Positions 37,479 to 46,770 of a DNA stretch of 64,000 nt are shown here, one piece after another. A program made the translations under genes and the position numbers. Position 1 is the stretch's first letter. The number at the start of each line of letters is the position of its first letter. Source of the DNA: an uncultured Verrucomicrobiae bacterium (GTDB lineage Bacteria > Verrucomicrobiota > Verrucomicrobiia > Limisphaerales > Palsa-1400). Under the pieces are notes generated by a model. That model was given only the letters and a program-made list of their open reading frames with translations. It did not search any database and had not been told where the DNA came from. The stretch lies in NCBI GenBank assembly GCA_963764165.1, contig CAVXRD010000002.1:2816001-2880000 (forward strand), written 5' to 3'.

Positions 37479-38339
37479 ATGAACAACAAGTTTATGACCA
37501 TGATCAGCACCGTGACGCTGATCTCTGGCCTGACAATCAGCCCGGCGGCCCTTGCGCTGGACACAGCCCAAGTCAGCCGCGCCCTGGCCGGTTCGACCGT
37601 GCTGGAGCTGCCTGTCAAAGCGGCCAGCCTGGTAAGCCAAGCCACGCCTGCGGAACAGAGCCCGATGGCAGCCGCCGCCGTCAAAGCCGCGCTGAGCATC
37701 AGCCCCTCCGCAACCGTGTCTGTGGTTTCGGCCATGTCCCGGCAAACTCCCTCGACGGCCCCCGTGGTGGCCGCGACCGCCAGCGCGATGCAGCATCGCC
37801 GTTTGGCCGAGATTGCCAAGGCCGCATCAACCGCCGCCCCCGCCCAGGCCGCCGAAATCGTCTCGGCCCTGATCAGGCAATATCCGCAGGACTACGGCGT
37901 CATCGCCAAAGCCGCTGCCGAAGGCGCCCCGATTTTCAGCCGCCAGATCCTGGCGGCGGTGGGAGAACAAATCCCCGCCCTGAAGAAGTCCATCCAGGCC
38001 GCCGCCGCCCGCACCGCTGAGAAGACCAGCCCGGCCGACGTGCAAGGCATCCTGACGGAGAGCTACAACGAAGCCTTGACCTCCGGCATCAGCGTGACAC
38101 CGATGCTCCTGGTGGCCAACACCGGAACGCCCGCCGCCGCCGTTGCCGCCGCCCCGCTCATCAGCGTCGGCGCCCCGACGATCTCTGGCGGAGCGCCCAT
38201 CACCGGCCCGCAAGTAAGCCCCGCGGTGGCGCCGCCCGTATTGGGCCCGCCCTTCACCCCGACGCCCGGCCCGGCCGTCATCTACACACCCGGCGACGCG
38301 ACCCAAGGCCCCGGCCCCGGCCGCTACGGCTCGCCGTAG
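37479..38339 (+). CDS. Ala-rich secreted hypothetical protein with Pro-rich C-terminus
   Basis: Signal peptide, ELPVKAASLV, Ala-rich helical repeats, tail PPVLGPPFTP...GRYGSP. Confidence 0.85.
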   Translation: MNNKFMTMISTVTLISGLTISPAALALDTAQVSRALAGSTVLELPVKAASLVSQATPAEQSPMAAAAVKAALSISPSATVSVVSAMSRQTPSTAPVVAATASAMQHRRLAEIAKAASTAAPAQAAEIVSALIRQYPQDYGVIAKAAAEGAPIFSRQILAAVGEQIPALKKSIQAAAARTAEKTSPADVQGILTESYNEALTSGISVTPMLLVANTGTPAAAVAAAPLISVGAPTISGGAPITGPQVSPAVAPPVLGPPFTPTPGPAVIYTPGDATQGPGPGRYGSP

Positions 38340-38444
38340 ACTTCAAGTTCGAGTTGAACTTGAGACCACGACAGAACCACGCTTAAAGAACGCTTTTGAA
38401 AGGGCGAAGCAGAAATGCTTCGCCCTTGTTGTTGTTTAGCCACC

Positions 38445-38678
38445 TCACTTTGGCGCAGGCGGCAGGCGCCGCAGCATCCAATGATGTGGGCGTTTGCGCG
38501 CCCCGCTGGCGAAGGCCAGAAAAACTTTGGCTGCATTCATAATGTTGTCGGGGATTTCCTCCTCTGGAATCAGGCTGGCCATGTGGACGATTAACTGCGC
38601 CTCGTTGGTTTTGTGGCTGAAGTCCTGGGCCAGCGACCCCACCCAGACAAACGCCATGAACTGTTCTTTTTTCGACAT
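38445..38678 (-). CDS. small hypothetical protein
   Basis: Protein-like 77-aa ORF (MSKKEQFMAFVW...HHWM) filling an intergenic gap; start uncertain. Confidence 0.55.
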   Translation of the reverse strand: MSKKEQFMAFVWVGSLAQDFSHKTNEAQLIVHMASLIPEEEIPDNIMNAAKVFLAFASGARKRPHHWMLRRLPPAPK

Positions 38679-38797
38679 ACCGGACCCTCTCACATACTTT
38701 CCGCACATCCTGAACCCTGACCTTGGACATATTCTGTCTATGTGAATAACTTTTCCAATTCGTTTGGATTTTTCAAGGGAGGAGCGGCAGACTTGCG

Positions 38798-39382
38798 GTG
38801 ACAATTGTGCTCATTGCCTTCAATAAACCGTACGGTGTCCTGTCGCAATTCACCGCGGACGGCTCCGCCAACCGCACGCTCAAGGAATTCCAATTCCCAC
38901 CCAGCGTTTATCCGATCGGCCGCCTCGATGCGGATTCGGAGGGATTGCTTTTGCTGAGCGACGAAGCGGCATTAAACGCCCGCTTGCTGCACCCGCGCCA
39001 AAGCCATCGGCGGATTTATTGGGCGCAAGTTGAAGGCTCGCCGCAGCCGGAGCAGATGAGGCAATTATCGCGCGGCGTCCTTTTGCAGGGACGAAAAACG
39101 TTGCCCTGCGCAGCGCGAATCCTCGAACCGCAGCCCGTCGTCCCGCCGCGCGACCCGCCCATCCGATTTCGCAAAACCGTGCCGGACGCGTGGATTGAAT
39201 TGGAGCTGGTCGAGGGCAAAAATCGCCAAGTCCGCCGCATGACCGCCGCCGTGGGATTGCCAACGCTGAGATTGATGCGCGTGCGCATTGGGAATTTCGA
39301 ACTCGCGGGAATAGCGGCAGGAACTTGGCAGAAACTCGGCCCGCAAGGACGCGCCGACGTTCTTGCGCATGGTGATTCGTGA
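38798..39382 (+). CDS. rluE: RsuA-family rRNA pseudouridine synthase (RluE-like, no S4 domain)
   Basis: FNKPYGVLSQF, GRLDADSEGLLLL, PPIRFRKTVP, EGKNRQVRRMTAAVG. Confidence 0.88.
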   Translation: MTIVLIAFNKPYGVLSQFTADGSANRTLKEFQFPPSVYPIGRLDADSEGLLLLSDEAALNARLLHPRQSHRRIYWAQVEGSPQPEQMRQLSRGVLLQGRKTLPCAARILEPQPVVPPRDPPIRFRKTVPDAWIELELVEGKNRQVRRMTAAVGLPTLRLMRVRIGNFELAGIAAGTWQKLGPQGRADVLAHGDS

Positions 39383-39628
39383 TCCAGCGAATCGGTAATT
39401 GGTGCTCAATCGCAACGCGCTGGAGTTCGTCAATAAGTTCAGTGCCAAGATAAATTCCCAATTTCAAGCGGTTGTCGAACTCGATCTGGCGCATCTCACT
39501 TTTTAGCAGCGCCGCAGGCGCGAAATTTTTGTAGCACACCGCTCCTTTGAAATCCAAGCCTCGTAGAGGCGACACCTATTATAGTGAACGCCAACGCCAT
39601 CCTGATAATTCGCCGCCTCGCGGCATTC

Positions 39629-41038
39629 TTACCTTCCGCCGAGATAAAATTTGCGGATCGTATTGATGGCCTCCATCTGTCCTGGATTGATTTGCAGGTA
39701 GGTGTCAAGCGCGGCATTGGCATCGCCAATTCGGCCTTGCTGGGCCAGCAATTGGGCCAGGCCTTGGACGGCGTCGGTGCAATTGGGGGAAATGTCCAAC
39801 GCCGTTTGGTAGGCTTGCTCGGCTTGGTCGGGAAAATGGCTGCTGGCCAGCAGAATTCCCTGTGAGGCGGCGTCATGCGCAAAAGCCAGCAGCGTTTCGC
39901 CGGACATCTCCGCATCCAAATTACCGTGAAGATTCTGCGCCTGTTCCATCCAATAGTTGACAACTTGGTCGGCTGTATCCGAGGTGATGGCGGGTGCGCC
40001 ATCCGCCGCGGCATTCAAAGCGAAGATCGGGCCCAGCGGCGCGGCGCCTGGATAGGTGGAAGGCAGTGGAAAGGATTGCTGCAGCCCAAAAGAAGCGCCG
40101 GGATTTTGTTGCAGCAAATCTTGCATCAGAAGGTTGTTGATGGCCATCACGGCCACCTGGCCGGAGACGGTGACCTTTCCGTCCACTTCAGTCACATTTT
40201 CGCCGGGTTGCATTTGAGGCGGCTCGTTGGGAAATTGCTGGTCATGCTCGAGGCGAGCCTTGGCGTCGGCGGTGTATTGGTTAAAGGCCGCTTCCTGATC
40301 AGCCTGGGTCGGAATATTCAAGAGGCCGTCGTTGACCACTCGCAAGTAATCAAGATAGCTGCTGTCGGCCAGGGCATTTTGAGTCAATACAATGTGTTGC
40401 TCGCCGTCGCTTGTCGCATTGAGCATATTGGGGATAAAGAGGCCTGCGTCGGTGCCGCCGACGTAAACCATGTTGGGCTGCAACGCGGTGAGAATTCCAT
40501 TGCCGTAATCTAATAATGGCTGGGCGGGCCAGAGGCGGGTTTGTTCCGCCGCGCCGTAGGCCTCTTGAATCGGGCGCCAAAATTGGCGCAGCGTTTCATC
40601 TCGCGGCGCGGAAGAATAATCACCGTCCCTCAGCGATTTGAAAAGCCGCTGCGTCTCCTCCCAATTTCCCGCATCCAACGCATCAAAAAACCGCTCCATG
40701 TCCGATGGGACTTTCCTACCGTAGTGATCCGCCAATTTGTGGAGCAGCGCCCGCTGTTTGACGGAGAATCTGGCCAGCCGCCGCGCGACGATTTCCTCGG
40801 CCGAGGGAGCCGCGCTCGCGGTTTTCCCGGCATGCATGGAGGGCGGCGCCGCTTTAATTTCGCGCGAAGAAGACACGGAGCCAGCGCGGGCTGAGCCGGT
40901 TCTTTCTTCGATCTCCGTCGCCGGATGCCCGCCTGGACTCAATCGGACAATACATAAAAGCAAGACGCCGCCCGCCGCCAGGAGGAGCAATCCGGCGCGA
41001 TAGCGGTTTTTGGGCGAGCTTGGGATGCAAGTTATCAC
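39629..41038 (-). CDS. membrane-anchored TPR protein with DUF2723-C-terminal-like domain
   Basis: N-terminal TM, VGGTDAG, LTQNALADSSYLDY, VSGQVAVMAIN, C-terminal TPR (AEQAYQTALDISP); start uncertain. Confidence 0.7.
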   Translation of the reverse strand: MITCIPSSPKNRYRAGLLLLAAGGVLLLCIVRLSPGGHPATEIEERTGSARAGSVSSSREIKAAPPSMHAGKTASAAPSAEEIVARRLARFSVKQRALLHKLADHYGRKVPSDMERFFDALDAGNWEETQRLFKSLRDGDYSSAPRDETLRQFWRPIQEAYGAAEQTRLWPAQPLLDYGNGILTALQPNMVYVGGTDAGLFIPNMLNATSDGEQHIVLTQNALADSSYLDYLRVVNDGLLNIPTQADQEAAFNQYTADAKARLEHDQQFPNEPPQMQPGENVTEVDGKVTVSGQVAVMAINNLLMQDLLQQNPGASFGLQQSFPLPSTYPGAAPLGPIFALNAAADGAPAITSDTADQVVNYWMEQAQNLHGNLDAEMSGETLLAFAHDAASQGILLASSHFPDQAEQAYQTALDISPNCTDAVQGLAQLLAQQGRIGDANAALDTYLQINPGQMEAINTIRKFYLGGR

Positions 41039-41243
41039 ACTTGGATTGACACCACGCCTTGCGGATTTGTATGCACGGCCACGAACACAAGGCACCGGAG
41101 CTACCTATCTATGAACGTAGACACTCGTTGCCACACGACTTTGAGGAAAGGAAGGTATTGTGAATAATTTGCCGCACACCCGATGGGCCTTTTATTGCGA
41201 TTTTTTTCTGTTCTTTCAAAGTGATTGTCAGTAGAAATGGCAC

Positions 41244-41969
41244 GTGGCTTCGGAAACCGATCAAAGTGTCGTTTACAGCATTTGGGCAGCGGACAACGTT
41301 GTCTACGGGCCTGTCGAGCTGCCTATGTTAATTAGCTGGGTCAAGGATGAGCGCGTCCTGGCGGATACGTGGGTCTTCGATTGCCAGAACGATCGCTGGC
41401 GAAAAGCGGGCGGCCTGTCAGAACTCGCCATGTTTTTTCGCAAGAGGAATGAGTCACCCAACGCTTCCACCGCATTGAAGGAAGAACTAGCGTCTGCCGA
41501 GGCGCTCATTACGCCCGGCATGTTGCGCCGGGTCAAAGCCCTGGCGGAACTCAATGATGAGCAGCTCCTGCGGTTCGTTTCGTTCATGGAAGCGCAAAAC
41601 GTCCGGCAATGGACTCAAATCGTCAAGCAGGGCGATCCCGACGACGGCATGTTTTTGGTGCTTGAAGGCGAATTGCGCGTGCGCCTGCTCATCGGCGGCA
41701 AGGAGACAATTCTCGCCACTTTGGGTCCGGGCGAATGCTTCGGGGAAATCGCGCTATTCGACCAGGGGCCGCGCTCGGCCGATGTCATCGCCAACCGCGA
41801 CAGCGTTTTGTTGAAAGTGACGACCGAGGCATTTGACAGGCTTCGCCGTGAAGCGCCCGAGCTTTCCGCTCCGATACTTTTCGCCATCAGCAAGACACTG
41901 GCCGCCCGCATTCGCGCCGATAACAAGCGCATAAAGGATTCGATCAATTTCAGCAGAGCCGCCACCTAA
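41244..41969 (+). CDS. cyclic-nucleotide-binding protein with N-terminal GYF_2-like domain, no HTH
   Basis: VYGPVELPMLISWVKDERV..DTWV; QGDPDDGMFLVLEG..., FGEIALFDQGPRSA. Confidence 0.85.
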   Translation: MASETDQSVVYSIWAADNVVYGPVELPMLISWVKDERVLADTWVFDCQNDRWRKAGGLSELAMFFRKRNESPNASTALKEELASAEALITPGMLRRVKALAELNDEQLLRFVSFMEAQNVRQWTQIVKQGDPDDGMFLVLEGELRVRLLIGGKETILATLGPGECFGEIALFDQGPRSADVIANRDSVLLKVTTEAFDRLRREAPELSAPILFAISKTLAARIRADNKRIKDSINFSRAAT

Positions 41970-42107
41970 AAGCCTTTTCTGGTTATGGCTTGCTCACGCT
42001 GGGCAGAAAACAACATTTAGTTGACGGGCGTACTGCCCCATTTTGACAGGATGTAAAGTGTTTATGGGAAGCTGTTTGAGTGTTTTGACTTGTGTTTTGC
42101 TCCCCAA

Positions 42108-42123
42108 TGGCATCCGCTTTGCT
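42108..42123 (+). promoter_or_regulatory. sigma54 (-24/-12) promoter of glnK-amtB
   Basis: TGGCATCCGCTTTGCT with exact GG-N10-GC spacing, 43 bp before the P-II start. Confidence 0.75.
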
Positions 42124-42127
42124 TTGA

Positions 42128-42505
<378 letters not shown>

Positions 42506-42537
42506 TACCGCTCCCACGGCCAAGTTCCTCCGCAACT

Positions 42538-44028
42538 ATGAAACAACACCTGAGCCTTTTGTTTTTATTGATCGCGCTGGCTGGCGCTTTCAACCTCAAC
42601 GCCCAATCCAATGCTCCCGCTGTCAAACGCGCGGACCCGACCCTCGAACAGCGGGTGGCGGATCTCGAATCCTACGTCAACAACACGCCTCGTTTGGCCG
42701 ACAACACGAATAATGTCAGCTCCAAACTCGGCAGCTACGACGACAAGTCCAACACGTTCACGCCGAATCCCGGTCCCGGCCATAACGGGTGGATGATGGT
42801 GTCGGCGGCCTTGGTGCTGTTCATGACGCTCCCCGGGTTGGCGCTCTTTTACGGCGGCTTGGTGCGCCGGAAAAACATTCTTTCGGTCATGGCGCAGTGC
42901 ATGTTGCTGGCTGGGTTGGTGACGATCCTGTGGTATTTCTGCGGATACAGCCTGGTGTTTCACAAGGGCAATCCGTTCCTCGGCAATTTGGATTTTGCGA
43001 TGTTGAGGGGCGTCGATTCGAGCCCGAACACGGATTATTCCCCGTGGGTTTCGCAAAACGTCTACGCGATGTATCAATTGATGTTCGCGATCATCACCCC
43101 GGCGTTGATTTTGGGCGCCATCGCCGAGCGCATGAAATTTTCGGCGGTGCTGGTGTTCATGCTGGTGTGGATGTTTGTGGTTTATTTCCCAGTCGCCCAC
43201 ATGGTTTGGGGCATTGACGGTTACATGAACGGCGTATCCAACGCGACGGCCGGAATTCGGGCCATTGATTTTGCCGGTGGAACGGTGGTCCACATGACCT
43301 CAGGATGGTCGGCCCTCATCTTGTGCATGATCATCGGCAAACGGCGCGGTTTTGGAAAAGAGAACTTCGCTCCGCATAGCATGGTGCTTTGCATGATCGG
43401 CACCGGAATGCTTTGGGTAGGCTGGTATGGTTTCAACGCCGGCAGCGCGGTGGCGGCTGACGTGATCGCGGCCAATGCATTCACCACAACCACGCTGGCG
43501 ACTGCGGTGGCTTCCTTTGTGTGGCCGATGGCGGAATGGATTGTTCGCGGGAAACCGAGCGTGCTTGGATTCTGTTCCGGCGCGGTGGCGGGATTGGTGG
43601 TCATCACTCCGGCTTGCGGATTCGTGACGCCCGATGGCGCGATGGTCATCGGTGTTTTTGCCGGACTAGTCCCGTGGTTTTTCTGCTACAAGGTTAAGGG
43701 ATGGTTCGGATATGACGATGCTCTGGATACCTTCGGCGTTCACGCTGTCGGTGGAACGATGGGCGCGTTGCTGACAGGCTTTCTGGCGCGAAATGTCGCG
43801 AACGGCAATTTGGTGACGAATTTGGGCAAATATGTGACCGACAAGCCAATGCAACCGCTCGTCTTCGAACAAGTGAAGGCGATTGGCGTTACTTTGGCTC
43901 TGGCCGTCGTCGGCACGGTCGTGATCGGTTATGTGGTAAAGGCTCTGATCGGATTGCGACCGAGCGAGGAATCCGAATCCATCGGCCTCGACCTGGCCGA
44001 GCACGAGGAAGAGGGCTATCACGGATAA
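42538..44028 (+). CDS. amtB: ammonium transporter
   Basis: PGLALFYGG, FAIITPAL, DFAGGTVVHM, WVGWYGFNAGS, DDALDTFGVH. Confidence 0.97.
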   Translation: MKQHLSLLFLLIALAGAFNLNAQSNAPAVKRADPTLEQRVADLESYVNNTPRLADNTNNVSSKLGSYDDKSNTFTPNPGPGHNGWMMVSAALVLFMTLPGLALFYGGLVRRKNILSVMAQCMLLAGLVTILWYFCGYSLVFHKGNPFLGNLDFAMLRGVDSSPNTDYSPWVSQNVYAMYQLMFAIITPALILGAIAERMKFSAVLVFMLVWMFVVYFPVAHMVWGIDGYMNGVSNATAGIRAIDFAGGTVVHMTSGWSALILCMIIGKRRGFGKENFAPHSMVLCMIGTGMLWVGWYGFNAGSAVAADVIAANAFTTTTLATAVASFVWPMAEWIVRGKPSVLGFCSGAVAGLVVITPACGFVTPDGAMVIGVFAGLVPWFFCYKVKGWFGYDDALDTFGVHAVGGTMGALLTGFLARNVANGNLVTNLGKYVTDKPMQPLVFEQVKAIGVTLALAVVGTVVIGYVVKALIGLRPSEESESIGLDLAEHEEEGYHG

Positions 44029-44259
44029 TCTAGCGTTCCGTTGAGCCAATAAATGCGGACGGGAGCCGCGATTGGCACAACGGGACGTCTGTCAACTTAC
44101 CGGCAGGCCGACAGCCGTATCTCCGGTCAAAACAAAATCGGCGGCAATCTCACTTGCGCCTCACCGGCCTTTAGTTCACCACCGATCACCCGACGAAAAT
44201 TGAAATTGATTGGCATTCTCGAACGCATAGAGGAACATTTGCGCTGATTCGCTTCCGAG

Positions 44260-45876
44260 ATGGCTTACGACAACCAAGATAGTTTGACGCATTACGTAAT
44301 CGGGTCCGGCCCCGCGGGTGTGGCGTGCGCGCACGCATTGCTTCAGCGTGGCGCGCGGGTTGTATTGCTGGATGCCGGCGTGGCGCTGGAGGATTCGCGC
44401 GTTGAAGTGGTGGCCCGAATGGCAGCGCGCCCCCCGCAAGCATGGACCCCCGAAGATTTGCGTTCATTCAAAGCTGGAATGAGCGCCGATGCCAAGGGCA
44501 TTCCCCTCAAGCTTGCCTACGGATCCGACTATCCATATCGCGAGGCGGATATTCACGTCCCAGCCGACTACGATGGGGTGGCGCTGCGTCCGTCGCTGGG
44601 ACTCGGCGGTTTCAGCGCGGTGTGGGGGGCGGCAATGATGCCTTACTCGCAAGCCAGCATCGCAGGCTGGCCGATAAGCGCTGCCGATTTGGCCGAGCAT
44701 TACGCGGCTGTTCTCCAGCTCACCGGGATCTCCGCCGTGCATGACCCGCTGGAGGAAATTTTCCCTCTGCACGCGAATCCCGAAGCAGCCCTGGCCTTGA
44801 GCAAGCAGGCGCAAATCCTGCACGGAAATCTGAAAAGACGGGAGGCGGCGCTGGAGGCGGCGGGGATTCATTTTGGCCAGGCGCGCACCGCAGTGAAGGC
44901 CGGAAAGAACGGATGCGTTTATTGCGGCCTGTGCATGTACGGGTGCCCGTATGGTTTTATATATAATTCAGAACAGACCCTGCGAGAGTTGAGACGGAAT
45001 CCAAACTTCCAATGGCGCACGAACAGCATGGTTTCGAAGCTTCGGGAAACAGGCGACCGTGTATTGATTACGGGGTATGAACGCGCCAGCCGGAAGCCGT
45101 TTGAAATGGAAGCAAGCCGTGCCTATCTGGCAACCGGTGTCATTCCCACCGCGAACATCGTTCTCCAATCTTTGGGCAGATACGACCGTCCCATCCATTT
45201 GAAAGACAGCCAGTATTTTTTGTTCCCGCTTTTATTGGCGCGCAGCAGCGGCGATGTGCGCCGCGAGGCCCTGCATACATTGAGCCAATTGTTCGTGGAA
45301 ATCTTTGACGAGCAAGTCACGAAGCAGCCGGTGCATTTGCAGGTCTACAGCTACAATGATCTTGTCGGCCAGGCGGTTCGCAAATCATTTGGCCCGGCGG
45401 CGGGTTTGCTGGAGTGGATGGCCCGCGCGTTGGAAAATCGGCTGCTCATCGTCCAAGGCTACCTGCATTCGGATCATTCCTCGCAAATCAGCGTCACCTT
45501 GAAAAAAGGCGGTGGCGGTCCGGATCGTTTGCAGCTCCGCGCCGAACTTAATTCGCAGGTCCGCCCGGCCATCGGGCGGGTCTTGAGAAAACTTCGGCGG
45601 CACGCGGCGCAGTTCGGCGCCTTTCCGCTTTCGCCGATGCTGCAAGTGGCCGACCCGGGACGGGGCTTTCACAGCGGAGGCGACTTTCCGATGCGGCGAA
45701 ATCCGGGTGAATTGGAGACGGATACAATGGGGCGGCTGCCGGGCTGGCGCCGCACGCATATCGTGGATGCGTCCGTGCTGCCGGAAATTCCAGCCACCCA
45801 AATCACCCTCTCCGTGATGGCCAACGCCCATCGCATCGCCTGGCACTCCGCGGAAAGCTCCTCCCAAAAATTGTGA
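44260..45876 (+). CDS. FAD-dependent GMC-family oxidoreductase
   Basis: VIGSGPAG, GGFSAVWG, CVYCGLCMYGCP, FHSGG, IVDASVLP...TLSVMANA. Confidence 0.88.
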   Translation: MAYDNQDSLTHYVIGSGPAGVACAHALLQRGARVVLLDAGVALEDSRVEVVARMAARPPQAWTPEDLRSFKAGMSADAKGIPLKLAYGSDYPYREADIHVPADYDGVALRPSLGLGGFSAVWGAAMMPYSQASIAGWPISAADLAEHYAAVLQLTGISAVHDPLEEIFPLHANPEAALALSKQAQILHGNLKRREAALEAAGIHFGQARTAVKAGKNGCVYCGLCMYGCPYGFIYNSEQTLRELRRNPNFQWRTNSMVSKLRETGDRVLITGYERASRKPFEMEASRAYLATGVIPTANIVLQSLGRYDRPIHLKDSQYFLFPLLLARSSGDVRREALHTLSQLFVEIFDEQVTKQPVHLQVYSYNDLVGQAVRKSFGPAAGLLEWMARALENRLLIVQGYLHSDHSSQISVTLKKGGGGPDRLQLRAELNSQVRPAIGRVLRKLRRHAAQFGAFPLSPMLQVADPGRGFHSGGDFPMRRNPGELETDTMGRLPGWRRTHIVDASVLPEIPATQITLSVMANAHRIAWHSAESSSQKL

Positions 45877-46736
45877 AAAGAATTTGCGCCATCACTGGAA
45901 GCCGCGGCTATGTCGGCAGTTGCCTGAAGAATTTTTTTGCTTCCAATGGCTGGGAAGTTCTTGAATTGACGCGGCAGCCTGCGGGGGGCGGACGAGCCGT
46001 TTCGTTTCAATTGGGGAGCGACCTCGCCCCGGCGGCGCTGGCGGGGGTGGAGGCGCTGGTGCATTGCGCTTATGATTTCGGCCCGTTGCGCCGCGAAGAA
46101 ATTCATGCCGTCAACGTGGTGGGCACGGAAAAGCTATTGCGAGCCGCGAAAACGGCAGGCGTAAAAAACATTGTTCAAATTTCGACGATCAGCGCTTATC
46201 CAGGCTGCCGCTCACTTTACGGCCAGGCCAAGCTGGAGATCGAAGCCCGGGCGCTGGCGGCTGGCGCCCAGGTGATCCGGCCCGGCTTGGTTTATGGGCG
46301 CGGGCCGGGCGGCATGTTTGGACGCCTCACGCTGCAGGTGAGAAAATCCTCCGTTATTCCGCTCATAGGCGACGGCTCACAAATCCAGTTCTTAGTGCAT
46401 CAGGATGATTTGTCGGCGCTGGCCGTCCGATGCGCGAGCGGAGAAGTGAACTTCTCGCCGCGAATTCTGACCGCGGCAAACGATCAACCTTGGCCGTTCC
46501 GAAAATTGCTTCAGGAAATCGCCCGCGCTCTTAACAAGAAAATCTCGTTTATACCGCTCCCATGGCGCCTGGTTTGGGCCGGATTAAAAACGGCGGAGCA
46601 ATGCGGATTGCGATTGAATTTCCGCAGCGACAGCCTTGTGAGCTTGATGCATCAAAATCCGTCGCCGGATTTTTCGGTGAACGCTGCTGTTGGGCTCGTT
46701 TGCAGGCCGTTTTCGGTGCAGGGTTTGGAACTCTGA
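45873..46736 (+). CDS. NAD-dependent epimerase/dehydratase (extended SDR)
   Basis: ITGSRGYVG, LVHCA, STISA, YGQAK, RPGLVYG; GTGA overlap with the oxidoreductase. Confidence 0.9.
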   Translation: MKRICAITGSRGYVGSCLKNFFASNGWEVLELTRQPAGGGRAVSFQLGSDLAPAALAGVEALVHCAYDFGPLRREEIHAVNVVGTEKLLRAAKTAGVKNIVQISTISAYPGCRSLYGQAKLEIEARALAAGAQVIRPGLVYGRGPGGMFGRLTLQVRKSSVIPLIGDGSQIQFLVHQDDLSALAVRCASGEVNFSPRILTAANDQPWPFRKLLQEIARALNKKISFIPLPWRLVWAGLKTAEQCGLRLNFRSDSLVSLMHQNPSPDFSVNAAVGLVCRPFSVQGLEL

Positions 46737-46770
46737 GCGCGCAGCGGGCGCAGGTTGGCAGGTAAATGTT

